64,000 bases of DNA from contig CAWIIV010000017.1 in NCBI GenBank assembly GCA_963836205.1, positions 160,001 through 224,000 of the forward strand. Direction: 5' to 3'. The translations under genes and the position numbers were made by a program. The notes beneath the pieces are model-generated. The model was not told where the DNA came from. It made no database searches and saw nothing but the letters and a program-made list of their open reading frames with translations. This DNA comes from an uncultured Acidimicrobiia bacterium. Lineage in GTDB: Bacteria; Actinomycetota; Acidimicrobiia; Acidimicrobiales; AC-14. Positions within the stretch are counted from its first letter, which is position 1. Each line of letters starts with the position of its first letter. Of this stretch, positions 28,654 to 38,259 are shown one piece after another.

Positions 28654-29118
28654 TTACTGGCAGAAGTAGTCCGGAACGACGCCTTCGAGGGTGGGGCCGC
28701 CGTCGAACACGTCGACGATGAAGGGCATGTCGCAGTTGCCGGGCTTGGCGAAATACGTCCACCGGTAGCTGATCACGAGCGATGTGTACGTGCCCGTCTT
28801 GTACGGCAGGCCGAACCGACCGCACTCGTAGCCGGCGGCGGCGTAGTGGGCGTGGGTGTTCGACATGAGCTGCACGTAGGACTGGCCGACGCCGTTCCAG
28901 GTGATCCACTGCAGAGGCACGTCGTAGTCGGCGAAGGCCGAGCTGTAGCTGGCACCCAGGCCGGGAGTGCCGAGCCAGGCCCCGTTGTAGGGAAACTCCG
29001 AATAGCAGGCGGTTGGGGTCCAGCCCCGCTCGCCGGCGGCAGCGGCGGGCGCGGGGGCGGCGAGGGTGAGCAGCGGCGCGGTCAGCGCCAGCAGGAAGGC
29101 CAGGATCCGTCTTCTCAT
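28654..29118 (-). CDS. Secreted protein with LGFP-repeat-like segment
   Basis: Signal peptide; GGAAAGGG RBS-like sequence; HAHYAAAGYECGRFGLP resembles an LGFP repeat. Confidence 0.6.
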   Translation of the reverse strand: MRRRILAFLLALTAPLLTLAAPAPAAAAGERGWTPTACYSEFPYNGAWLGTPGLGASYSSAFADYDVPLQWITWNGVGQSYVQLMSNTHAHYAAAGYECGRFGLPYKTGTYTSLVISYRWTYFAKPGNCDMPFIVDVFDGGPTLEGVVPDYFCQ

Positions 29119-29176
29119 CCCTTTCCCTCCTCTGTTCTTCCGGCGCGGGTTGGCCCTCGCCGAACGTGGCGATCAG

Positions 29177-30181
29177 TTAACGATCGGCACCCATGAACAA
29201 AACCTTGAGGGATTCGAATGCTTCCAGGCACTTCCCGGCCCCCAGGACGACGCATTCAAGGGGCGCGTCGACCAGATGGACGGGAAGTGACGTCTCCTCC
29301 GACAGCCGCTGGTCGAAGCCGCGCAGCATGCCGCCGCCGCCGACGAGGTGGATGCCCTGGCGGATGAGGTCCTGGGCCAGCTCCGGAGGGGCGAAGCCGA
29401 GGCAGCGCACCACGGAGTCGACGATCGCCCGCACCTGCTCGCTGATCGCCTCCCGGATCTCCTCGGGGGCGAGGATGGCGGTCTTGGGCAGGCCGCTCAT
29501 GAGGTCGCGACCCCGGACCTCGGCCTTGAGCTCGTCGACGGTGGGATAGGCCGACCCGATGGCCAGCTTGATCTCCTCGGCTGTCCGCTCGCCGATGGCC
29601 ATCCCGTACTCGCGCCGGACGTAGGACTGGATGGAGGCGTCGATGTCGAAGGACCCGACGCGGATCGCCTCCAGGGCCACGATCCCGCCCAGGGAGATCA
29701 TCGCCGTCTCCGACGTGCCGCCGCCGATGTCGACGACCATGTTCCCCAGCGGCTCGTGGATGGGCAGGCCGGCACCGATGGCGGCGGCCATGGGCTGAGC
29801 CACCAACTGGGCGTCGGTGGCGCCCGCCTGGCGGGCCGCCTCCTTCACCGCCCGCCGCTCCACCTCGGTGATGGCCGACGGGACGCAGAGCAGGACCCGG
29901 GGCCGCTGGAACCGCGACAGGCCCGCCCGTTGGAGCAGGAGCCGGATCATGCGCTGGGTGATCTCGAAGTCGGTGATGGCGCCCTGGCGCAGGGGCCGCA
30001 CGGCGCGGATGTAGCCGGGCGTGCGGCCGATCATCTGCCACGCCTGGTGGCCCATGGCGAGGACGTCGCGCGTCTGCTCGTTGAGGGCGATCACCGTCGG
30101 CTCGTTGAGGACGATCCCCCTGCCCTTGGCGTAGACCAGGGTGTTGGCCGTGCCCAAGTCGATGGCGAGGTCCCTAGCCAG
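29177..30181 (-). CDS. mreB: Rod shape-determining protein MreB (probable CTG start)
   Basis: (M)ARDLAIDLGTANT, DIGGGT, GERTAEEIK, LVGGG; GGAGAGG RBS 8 nt before CTG at 30181. Confidence 0.93.
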   Translation of the reverse strand: MARDLAIDLGTANTLVYAKGRGIVLNEPTVIALNEQTRDVLAMGHQAWQMIGRTPGYIRAVRPLRQGAITDFEITQRMIRLLLQRAGLSRFQRPRVLLCVPSAITEVERRAVKEAARQAGATDAQLVAQPMAAAIGAGLPIHEPLGNMVVDIGGGTSETAMISLGGIVALEAIRVGSFDIDASIQSYVRREYGMAIGERTAEEIKLAIGSAYPTVDELKAEVRGRDLMSGLPKTAILAPEEIREAISEQVRAIVDSVVRCLGFAPPELAQDLIRQGIHLVGGGGMLRGFDQRLSEETSLPVHLVDAPLECVVLGAGKCLEAFESLKVLFMGADR

Positions 30182-30398
30182 GGCGGCGGCCTCTCCGGGG
30201 GGGAGCCCGCCACGGCGCGACCGGGCGGACCGTCGGGGACGTTGGTCCCGGAGAATCGGGGGCGAGGGCCTCCAACTCCCGGGCGAAGGCCCGGATGTGG
30301 GCGTCGACCGACCGGGGCGGCCGGTTGCGGACCCACAGCACGAAGAAGCCGATCGCGCTCAGCACGGCCGCGATCCCGAGGAAGATGAGGGCGCTCAA
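30174..30398 (-). CDS. Small membrane protein
   Basis: TTG start overlapping the moaE stop; TM helix then RNRPPRSVDAHIRAFARELEALAP; stop overlaps the mreB start. Confidence 0.6.
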   Translation of the reverse strand: MSALIFLGIAAVLSAIGFFVLWVRNRPPRSVDAHIRAFARELEALAPDSPGPTSPTVRPVAPWRAPPRRGRRPG

Positions 30399-30910
30399 CG
30401 AGCCTCGCTCATGGGGGCCTCGCTCATGGGGGCCTCGCGCAGGGAACCGACCTCGGAGATGGAGGCGTGGCCGGTCGACCAGTCGTCGCCACCGGCCCAC
30501 GCCTCCCGCTTCCAGATGGGGACGGTGGTCTTCAGGGTGTCGATGCAGTAGCGGGCGGCCTCGAAGGCGGTGTCGCGATGGGGCGACGACGCCACCACGA
30601 CCACCGACGATTCCCCCACGGCCAGGTCGCCGAGGCGGTGGAGCAGGACCAGGCGGACGACGTCGGGCCACCGGGCGCGGGCGTCGGCGGCGATGGCGGC
30701 CAGCCGGGGCTCGACCTCCTCCTCGTACGCCTCGTAGGAGAGACGGTGCACGCCCGGCCGCCCCGGGGAGAAGTCGCGGACGTTGCCCGTGAACAGGACC
30801 GCGGCTCCACAACTCGGCAGCCCGGCCCACCTCAGGGCATCGTCGAGGGGAAGCGGGTCGGCGGTGAGGCCCACCCAGTCGTTACGAGCGCACGGAGGCG
30901 CGAGGCCCAT
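30395..30910 (-). CDS. moaE: Molybdopterin synthase large subunit
   Basis: GAAVLFTGNVR, LSYEAY, HRLGDLAVGE, SSPHRDTAFEA, LKTTVPIWKRE. Confidence 0.9.
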   Translation of the reverse strand: MGLAPPCARNDWVGLTADPLPLDDALRWAGLPSCGAAVLFTGNVRDFSPGRPGVHRLSYEAYEEEVEPRLAAIAADARARWPDVVRLVLLHRLGDLAVGESSVVVVASSPHRDTAFEAARYCIDTLKTTVPIWKREAWAGGDDWSTGHASISEVGSLREAPMSEAPMSEAR

Positions 30911-31043
30911 CGGCCACCATGGTACCGGGGGGGTGGCCGCCGGACCCGATCCTCCCGTACCGAGGCTCGCCACCGACCGGGCGGCGGACTTTCGGGGCCG
31001 GGCCGCGACCGTCCCGGAGGGCGCCCCCGATAAGCTGCGAGGG

Positions 31044-32299
31044 ATGGAGTTCGTCGAGCCAGAGGACGAACCCGGCCTGTTCCGGAACCCTCTCCCACCC
31101 GACGACCGCCTGTGGCGCCATCCGTCGGAAGTGGGCGCCGGCCTGCCCCCCATTTTACCGCCGGCGGACTGGGCGCCAGCCTCGCCGGCGGGCCCACGCT
31201 CTCCGGGGCAATCGACGAGGCTCGGCCGTCGATGTGGCTGGTGGCGGCGGTATCGGCGGTGAGCGCGGGCTTGCTGGCCACCGGCCTGGTGATGGTCACG
31301 GTCGGCCTGGTGGGCACCGGCGAACAGCTCCGACCGGCGGTGGAGCGCCAGATGGAGCCTCGGCCCATCGACGCCGTCAGCACCGGGGTGGTCGACGTCG
31401 CCGCCCAGGCCCGGGAGGCGGTGGTCCAGCTCCGGCTCGGCGGCACCTCCACCGTCGTCGGCTCCGGCGTCATCTTCCGCAGCGACGGCCACCTGCTCAC
31501 CAGCGCGGCGGTGCTCGGCACCGCCTCCTGGGTCCGGGTCCGGTTCGACAGCGGCCGAGAGGTCACCGGCCGGGTGCTCGGCACCGACGTCGCCACCGAC
31601 CTGGCGGTGATCAAGCTGGACGGGAGCGGCCCCTTCCCCTCCGCGGTGCTGGGCAGCTCGGGCGACCTGCGGGTGGGCGAGCAGGCGGTGGCCATCGGCT
31701 GCCCGATCGAGCTCGTCGGCGGACCGTCGGTCACGGTGGGCATGATCAGCGCCCTCCACCGCTCGGTCCCGCTCGGCGGCGGCGGCATGCTCTTCGACCT
31801 GATCCAGACCGACGCCCGGGTGCCCACCGGGTGGCCCGGTGGCGCCCTGCTCGACTCGTCCGGCAGCGTGATCGGGATCACCACCTCCGCCGGCACCTCG
31901 GCCGGCACCACCGCGACCGCGACCGGCGGCTTCGGGTTCGCCATCCCCATCGACCAGGCTCGCTTCGTGGCCGATCAGATCGTCACCACCGGCCGGGTCG
32001 CCCACGTGTGGCTGGGGGTCAAGGGCGGCGACGTCGAAGAGGCCACCGCGGCCGCCCTCGACGTCACCGGCGGGGCCGTCGTGGGCGCGGTCATGACCGG
32101 GAGCCCGGCCGAGCAGGTCGGCCTTTCTCCCTACGACACCATCGTCGCCGTCGACGGGGTGGCGGTTGCCTCCATGGACCAGCTGGTGGTCGCCCTCCGC
32201 CGGCACCGGCCGGGCGACACCGTCCACCTCGACATCGTGCGCGACCACGTGCCGATGTCGATGGCGGTCGTGCTCACCGAACGCCCGACCTCGGCCTAA
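31044..32299 (+). CDS. HtrA/DegP-like trypsin-PDZ protein with substituted catalytic residues; apparent frameshift near 31146-31156
   Basis: TAAGCT -10 seven nt before ATG 31044 (MEFVE..PPDDRLWRHPSE); main frame has GSGVIF, TDLAVIK, IQTDA and PDZ, but TSAAV and TGWPGG replace TNxHV and PGNSGG. Confidence 0.8.
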
Positions 32300-32309
32300 G
32301 GTCGCGGCC

Positions 32310-33473
32310 ATGAGCGAAGGAGGTCCGGGCGGGGAGAACCCGTTCGAGGGCCTGCCCATGTTCCGCGACCTGGCCCGCCTCTTCGCCGGGCAGGGGCCCG
32401 TCAACTGGGACATCGCCCGCCAGATCGCACTGTGGACGGCCACCGAGGGCGAGGCCGAGCCCAACGTCGACCCGATGGAGCGAATCCACCTGGAGGAGCT
32501 GCTGCGGGTCGCCGACCTGCACGTGAGCAACGCCACCGGCCTGCCCACCGCCATCGGCGGCGGGCTGCTGAGCGCGGCCCCCACGACGAGGTCCGACTGG
32601 GCCCTGCGCACCCTCCAGGCGTGGCGCCCGTTCCTCGAACGGCTGGCCATCGCGGTGTCGGCCGCGGGCGAGGCCGAGGGGACGGGGCCCGACCCCGCCA
32701 CCCAACTGCTGGGCGACCTGGGCCGCGTCGTCGGGCCGGTGCTGCTGGGCATGCAGTCCGGCTACATGGTCGGCCACCTCGGCCGGCGGGCGTTGGGCCA
32801 GTACGACCTGCCCCTGCCCCGGGGCACGTCCGACCAGCTCCTGGTCGTCCCGGCCAACATCAAGGCCTTCGCCGGCGAGTGGTCGATCCCCGAGGACGAC
32901 CTCCGGCTCTGGATCCTCCTGGAGGAGCTCACCCACCACGCGGTGCTGGGCCGGCCCCACGTGCGGGCCCGCCTGGAGGCGCTGGTCGACGACTACGTGA
33001 GCCGGTTCGAGATCGACGGCAACGCCCTCGAGGGCAGCTTCGCCGACATCGACCCCACCGACCCGTCGTCGTTCGCCAAGGCCCTCAGCCCGGAGACGCT
33101 GCTGGGGATCATGCAGACGCCGGGGCAACGGGAGGTGGCCGTCCGCATCGAGACGCTGCTGGCCGCCCTCGCCGGCTACGTCGACCACGTCCTCGACACC
33201 GTCGGCCACGGCCTGGTGGGCACCCACCGGCGGATCTCGGAGGCCCTGCGCCGGCGCCGGGTGGAGTCGTCCGAGGGCACCCGCTTCGCCGAGCGCCTCC
33301 TCGGCCTGCAGCTGGGTCCGGCCCAGTACGAGAAGGGCACCGCCTTCGTCAGCGGAGTCCTGGAGCGGGCCGGCGAGGAAGGCCTGGCCCGCCTGTGGCA
33401 CTCGGAGCGGGAGCTGCCCACCCCCGCCGAGCTGGAGGCCCCCGGCCTCTGGCTGGCCCGCATCGACCTGTAG
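32310..33473 (+). CDS. Zincin-like metalloprotease / putative hydrolase (actinobacterial Zincin_2 family)
   Basis: GPVNWDIARQ, LGQYDLPLP, EELTHH, QYEKGTAFV, LPTPAELEAPGLWLARI. Confidence 0.85.
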   Translation: MSEGGPGGENPFEGLPMFRDLARLFAGQGPVNWDIARQIALWTATEGEAEPNVDPMERIHLEELLRVADLHVSNATGLPTAIGGGLLSAAPTTRSDWALRTLQAWRPFLERLAIAVSAAGEAEGTGPDPATQLLGDLGRVVGPVLLGMQSGYMVGHLGRRALGQYDLPLPRGTSDQLLVVPANIKAFAGEWSIPEDDLRLWILLEELTHHAVLGRPHVRARLEALVDDYVSRFEIDGNALEGSFADIDPTDPSSFAKALSPETLLGIMQTPGQREVAVRIETLLAALAGYVDHVLDTVGHGLVGTHRRISEALRRRRVESSEGTRFAERLLGLQLGPAQYEKGTAFVSGVLERAGEEGLARLWHSERELPTPAELEAPGLWLARIDL

Positions 33474-33663
33474 CCACCAGCGTCCGATCGCCGGACGGCC
33501 GGGCGAACAGAGGTGGTATCCCCTACGCCAAGGAGGGGAGCCCCTCCCCCAAAGAGGGGAGCTAGCCCCCTTGAAGGGGGGTGGAAGAAGCACCCAATTG
33601 GGAGTCGAACAGCGTGACCCGACGCCGGCAAGTGGCCGGGGGGGTGCGCGAAGGGAGACGATC

Positions 33664-34737
33664 ATGAGGGTAATCAGGTTCGGCGAACGCGGGGGCCGGT
33701 TGCTCGTCGCCATCGCGGTCATCGCCGCGACGGTGACAATCAGCCTGGCCACGTCACAGCGGGAGGCGAGGGCAGACACCCAGACGGTGTGCCTCAGCTC
33801 CCCCATTCCATCGGGTTGGGTCGTCACGTCGTTCCGGTACAGCTTGAGCTGCGGGCCGGGCACCGGCGGTTACAACGCGATGACGATCGCGAAACCTTTC
33901 AACGGGATTGTGGCCTGCTACGGCTCGACCATCCCGTCGGGTTGGGTCATCACCGGGTACCGGTCCACCCCGATCTGCGGGTCGACGTCCACCTACAACG
34001 CGATGACGATCTCGACGCCCCGCGAAGGGATCGTCGCCTGCTTCGCGTCGACCATCCCGCCGGGGTGGGTCATCACCGGGTACCAGACCTCCCCCAATTG
34101 CGGGTCAACGTTCGGCGGGCCGAACGCATTCGTTCTCTCGTCGACCGCAACGCCACCGCCGCCGGCGGTGCACGGCTCCATCAGCGCCAGCCCGAGCACC
34201 CTCACCCTCCCGCCGGGCACGACTGGCTCGACGGTGGTGTCGTGGAGCGTGTCTGGCTTCGCCACGGAAGTCGACGTGTATGTCCGCCTCGAGGGGGGCT
34301 CGCAGAGCCTGTTCTCGAGCAGCAAGGATGACGGCTCGGCCACCGCCACCTGGATCGTCGCCCCACAGGTGTACGTGTTCAGCCTCTACCAGGACGGGTA
34401 CTCCGACCCCGCGCACCTGCTGGCATCGACCACCGTCAGGGGCGTTCTGGCGCCTACGTCGACGATCAGCGCCAGTCCGAGCGTCGTGACGCTGCCGCCG
34501 GACACGCCCGGCTCGACGGTGGTTTCGTGGAACGCCACGCCGGGCACCAACGTCGACGTCTACGTCACCCTCGACGGTGGCGCCCAGAGCCCGATGGCCA
34601 CTGGTGGAGCCACCGGCTCGGTCACCGCGCCCTGGATCGTGGCCCCCCACCAGTACGTGTTCAAGCTGTACCCGACGGGGTACTCCGACCCGGCCCACCT
34701 GCTGGCCTCGACCACTGTGCACGGTGTCCTTGCGTAG
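33664..34737 (+). CDS. Secreted protein with three Cys-containing IPxGWV repeats and two Ig-like repeats
   Basis: Signal peptide; CxxSxIP(S/P)GWV(V/I)T x3; ISASPS..GSTVVSW..GYSDPAHLLASTTV x2. Confidence 0.75.
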   Translation: MRVIRFGERGGRLLVAIAVIAATVTISLATSQREARADTQTVCLSSPIPSGWVVTSFRYSLSCGPGTGGYNAMTIAKPFNGIVACYGSTIPSGWVITGYRSTPICGSTSTYNAMTISTPREGIVACFASTIPPGWVITGYQTSPNCGSTFGGPNAFVLSSTATPPPPAVHGSISASPSTLTLPPGTTGSTVVSWSVSGFATEVDVYVRLEGGSQSLFSSSKDDGSATATWIVAPQVYVFSLYQDGYSDPAHLLASTTVRGVLAPTSTISASPSVVTLPPDTPGSTVVSWNATPGTNVDVYVTLDGGAQSPMATGGATGSVTAPWIVAPHQYVFKLYPTGYSDPAHLLASTTVHGVLA

Positions 34738-34788
34738 CCGACCTCCCGGGGTAAGGCGTGGTGAGGAGCGGTGGTGGCGCCCCGCTCC

Positions 34789-36093
34789 TCACTGCGTGTC
34801 TGGTCGGCGGACGTCGCCCGCCTGGGAGGGATCGTCCCTGGTCGAGAGCAACTCCTGGTTGTGCTTGGCGGTGGCGATGCCGCCCAGGTAGCTGAAGAAG
34901 GCCAGGGCGGTGGCGAGGGCGATGACGTCGATGCCGGTACCGGTCTCGATGGCCAGAACCACCGGGATGAAGGCGCCCGCGACCCAGACCAGCTGGAAAC
35001 GGGTCTCGAAGCGGGCGAAGGTGCGGCCCCGGACGGCGTCGGGGGCGTCCCGCTGGACGATGCTGTCGAAGGCGAGCTTGCCCGCGGCCGCGGCCACACC
35101 CGTCGCCCCCGCCACCAGGCAGAACGCGGCCAGGCCACCCATGCGCCCGGCGACGAAGCTGACGACGGCCACCAGGACCAGCCCACCCAGGAGGATGCGC
35201 TCCTCGGCCAGGAACCGGCGCAGCGGCGGGGCGGCGACGTTTCCGACGAGGGTGCCGCCCAGGCTGGCGGCCAGCACCGCCCCGTACCACCACGACGGCG
35301 AACCCCCGGCCCGGAAGGCGAAGGCGACGAAGAAGGTGAGGAAGCCCACCGACCCCCGCAGGACGGCCATGCTGGTGGCCGCCATGCGGATGGAGATGGC
35401 GTGCAGCTCCTCGTCGGCCCGGACCGCGGCCGCGCCCCCCTCGCCCCGGGGGGCGGGCTTGGGAATGCGTACGGCGGCGATGGCGGCCGCCGCGAACGCC
35501 ACCGCCGCCAGCCGGACCACCCATGGCCCCCCGAGGAACCCGACCTTGAGGATGATCACGCCCGGGATCGCGGCCGCGAACCCGGCCAGCACCGAGAGCA
35601 CCGCCAACCGGGAGTTGGCCGTCACCAGCTCCCGTTCGTCGGGCACGATCATGGGCACCAGCGCGCTCTTGGTGACCATGTGGGCCTTGGAGAGCACGAG
35701 CACGCCGAAGGCCTCGGGGAACAACCACAGGCCCTGGAGGTGTCCCGCCATCGACAGGCAGATCAGGGCCCGGCTCCCCGCGCCGGCGATGAGGATCAGC
35801 CGCCGACCCGACGGCGTGCGGTCGAGGACCGGTCCGAGAAACGGGGCCACCACCGCGAACGGGGCCATGGTGAGGAGCAGGTAGAGGGCGACCCGTCCCC
35901 GGGCCGCGGAGGGCGAGATGGAGAAGAACAAAGACCCGGCCAGGGCCATGGTGACCAGGGTGTCGCCGGCCATGGCCAGCACGTGGGCGACCGCCAACCG
36001 GGAGAACGGCGACTGCGCCACCGGGCCCCGCCGGTCGGGCTTGTGCAGCGGCTCCCAGCCCTTCTTGGAGTCGCCCTGCCTGGAGTCGGCCAC
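34789..36093 (-). CDS. MFS transporter (actinobacterial type)
   Basis: ALAGSLFF, LYLLLTMAPFAVVAP, FDSIVQRDAP..RFETRFQ; multiple TMs. Confidence 0.88.
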   Translation of the reverse strand: MADSRQGDSKKGWEPLHKPDRRGPVAQSPFSRLAVAHVLAMAGDTLVTMALAGSLFFSISPSAARGRVALYLLLTMAPFAVVAPFLGPVLDRTPSGRRLILIAGAGSRALICLSMAGHLQGLWLFPEAFGVLVLSKAHMVTKSALVPMIVPDERELVTANSRLAVLSVLAGFAAAIPGVIILKVGFLGGPWVVRLAAVAFAAAAIAAVRIPKPAPRGEGGAAAVRADEELHAISIRMAATSMAVLRGSVGFLTFFVAFAFRAGGSPSWWYGAVLAASLGGTLVGNVAAPPLRRFLAEERILLGGLVLVAVVSFVAGRMGGLAAFCLVAGATGVAAAAGKLAFDSIVQRDAPDAVRGRTFARFETRFQLVWVAGAFIPVVLAIETGTGIDVIALATALAFFSYLGGIATAKHNQELLSTRDDPSQAGDVRRPDTQ

Positions 36094-36126
36094 CGCCCGC
36101 AATCGTAGGTGTGCAGGCGAGCCCGC

Positions 36127-37431
36127 TCAGCCGAACGGGCGCAGTTCCTTCTCGTCCGCCGAGGCGGTCGAGGGCAAGGGGGTGGCGGTGCCGGGGATGG
36201 CCGCCGCCGGGAGGTGGAGGATGAACGTCGACCCCAGGCCCTCCTCGGAGTCGACCTCCACCGTGCCCTGGTGGTTGGCCACCACGTTGCGCACGATGCT
36301 CAACCCCAGCCCGGTTCCGCCGGCGGCGACGCTCCGGGTCGACTCCACCCGGTAGAAGCGCTCGAAGATGCGCTCGTGATCGCGCTCGTGGATGCCGATG
36401 CCCTCGTCGCGCACGCTGATCTCGACCTGCCCGTCGGGCTCCCCCTCCTCATCCTTCCCCGGCCGGCCCCGCACCTCGACCAGCGACCCTGCGGGCGAGA
36501 ACTTCACCGCGTTCTCCAGCAGGTTGTAGACGGCCGACACCAGCTGGCGGCGATCGCCCATCACCCACAGCCGTTGCGGCGGCTCGCCGAAGTTGATCGT
36601 CATCTCCTTGTCCTGGGCCAGGTGGCGGACCCGCTCCGCGGCCTGGGCCACGATGAGGTGGACGGCCACCGGCTCCCGCACCGGGTCCTCCTCCGACTGC
36701 AACCGGCTCAGGTCGATGAGGTCGTCGACCACCCGCTCCACCCGCTTGGCCTCCACCTGCACCCGCCGGGCCAGCCGGTTGACCACCACCAGGTCGCTCT
36801 CGGTGGACAGGGTCTCCGCCAGCAGGGCCAGCGCCCCCACCGGGGTCTTGAGCTCGTGGCTGATGTTGGACACGAAGTCGCGCCGCACGCCCTCCTGGCG
36901 CTGCTGCTCGGACTGGTCGCCCAGCACCAGCACGCCGCCCACCGTGCGCCACTTGTCGTCGAGGGGGACGGCACTCACGGTGAGGGACAGGGCGGGCGGG
37001 CCGGGGATGTCGAGGGTGCGCTCGGCGCCCCTGCCCTCGGTGGCCGACAGCAGGAGGTCGTGGACCTTGGCCTCCACCGACGGCTCGGGTTCCACCCCCA
37101 GCAGGCGGATGGACTGGGCGTTCTGGAACACGGTGCGGCCCTGGTCGTCGCCGATGATCACGCCCAGCTCGAGCTGGTCGAGGGCCCGCTCCAGGCGGGT
37201 GCTGGCCACGCCGGTGTCGCCGGTGGTGGTCATCTTGGCGTCGACCAGCTTCTCCAGCTGGGTGAGCACCTCGTCCATGCCCCGGGACTCGAGCTTGAGC
37301 TCCTCGTCGCCCAAGCGGGCGTTGAGGGCCGACAGCCTCCGGACGGGGCCGCGGCGGGAGAGGTGGAGGACCACCGCGCCGAGCATGACGATGCCGACGG
37401 CGACCAGGACGGGGACGAGGTCAGACGGCAT
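36127..37431 (-). CDS. Sensor histidine kinase, SenX3/PhoR-like
   Basis: RRDFVSNISHELKTPVGALALLAE, NLLENAVKFS, IFERFYRV, GTGLGLSIV. Confidence 0.9.
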   Translation of the reverse strand: MPSDLVPVLVAVGIVMLGAVVLHLSRRGPVRRLSALNARLGDEELKLESRGMDEVLTQLEKLVDAKMTTTGDTGVASTRLERALDQLELGVIIGDDQGRTVFQNAQSIRLLGVEPEPSVEAKVHDLLLSATEGRGAERTLDIPGPPALSLTVSAVPLDDKWRTVGGVLVLGDQSEQQRQEGVRRDFVSNISHELKTPVGALALLAETLSTESDLVVVNRLARRVQVEAKRVERVVDDLIDLSRLQSEEDPVREPVAVHLIVAQAAERVRHLAQDKEMTINFGEPPQRLWVMGDRRQLVSAVYNLLENAVKFSPAGSLVEVRGRPGKDEEGEPDGQVEISVRDEGIGIHERDHERIFERFYRVESTRSVAAGGTGLGLSIVRNVVANHQGTVEVDSEEGLGSTFILHLPAAAIPGTATPLPSTASADEKELRPFG

Positions 37432-37497
37432 TGCGGTCCACCCTAGATTCCGGACCCGCCGGAACCGGGGCAAGCCGGGGAACGATCGGAACTGCCC

Positions 37498-37791
37498 TCA
37501 GCCGGCCCCGGAACCGTCGTCGTCCTCGGGGACACCGAGGTCCCAGTCGAGGAGGAGCAGCTCCCGCTCGGCGTCGCGCACGACCCGCTCCCGGTTGCGG
37601 CGGAACTGGGGGTCGTGGGGCGGGAGCAGCAGCAGCCGGGCCAGTGCCCGTTGGCGGAACTCCTCGATCAGGTTACGATCCCCGAAGTCGGACGCGACCT
37701 CCCAATGGGGCGCGACCGGACCCAGGTAGACGATCCGGACGTGGCCGCGAGGCGGCTGCGGCTCCTCGGACTCCTCCGGCAACTGGGACAT
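37498..37791 (-). CDS. Hypothetical protein
   Basis: Natural-looking sequence (HVRIVYLGPVAPHWEV..); TAGGCT -10 six nt before ATG. Confidence 0.7.
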   Translation of the reverse strand: MSQLPEESEEPQPPRGHVRIVYLGPVAPHWEVASDFGDRNLIEEFRQRALARLLLLPPHDPQFRRNRERVVRDAERELLLLDWDLGVPEDDDGSGAG

Positions 37792-37872
37792 ACAGGGAGC
37801 CTACAAGCCTCCCGGCAGGGACCGATCAGGGCCCAAGACGGGCGTCGGACGGGGTCTGCACCGAAAATTCAT

Positions 37873-37898
37873 GAAACTTCCGGCGATCCATGCTCGTC
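37873..37898 (+). promoter_or_regulatory. ECF-type promoter upstream of whiB
   Basis: GAAAC-N17-CGTC. Confidence 0.45.
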
Positions 37899-37978
37899 TC
37901 CACCTTCGTAGTAGCCGAGAAGGGAACCAACCGACCCGGTCACGCGTTGTAGGGGTAGGGCCCGAACGAGGAGGGGCA

Positions 37979-38236
37979 ATGGACACGAACTGGATGGCTA
38001 CCGGCAATTGCCGCACGGAACCGCCATCGCTCTTCTTCCCCAGCGACGGCGTCGGCGTCGAGGTGGCCCGCAAGATCTGCGCCACCTGCCCGGCCAAGGA
38101 ACCCTGCCTCGAGTACGCCCTGGCCAACGGCATCGACCACGGGGTGTGGGGCGGTGCCTCCGAACGTGAGCGGCGCCGCATCGCCCGCCGCCGGAGGTTG
38201 GAGGCGGCCGCCGCCGCCGCATCGCCCCGCCGCTGA
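37979..38236 (+). CDS. WhiB-family Fe-S regulator
   Basis: C..LFFP..CATC..C, GVWGG, SERERR. Confidence 0.92.
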   Translation: MDTNWMATGNCRTEPPSLFFPSDGVGVEVARKICATCPAKEPCLEYALANGIDHGVWGGASERERRRIARRRRLEAAAAAASPRR

Positions 38237-38259
38237 CGTCAGGGGTCAGGAGTCAGGGG

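Noticed and set aside
32920-32945. Zincin motif EELTH instead of HEXXH as a dead enzyme
   Set aside because: First-His substitutions are common in this actinobacterial family, so not distinctive.
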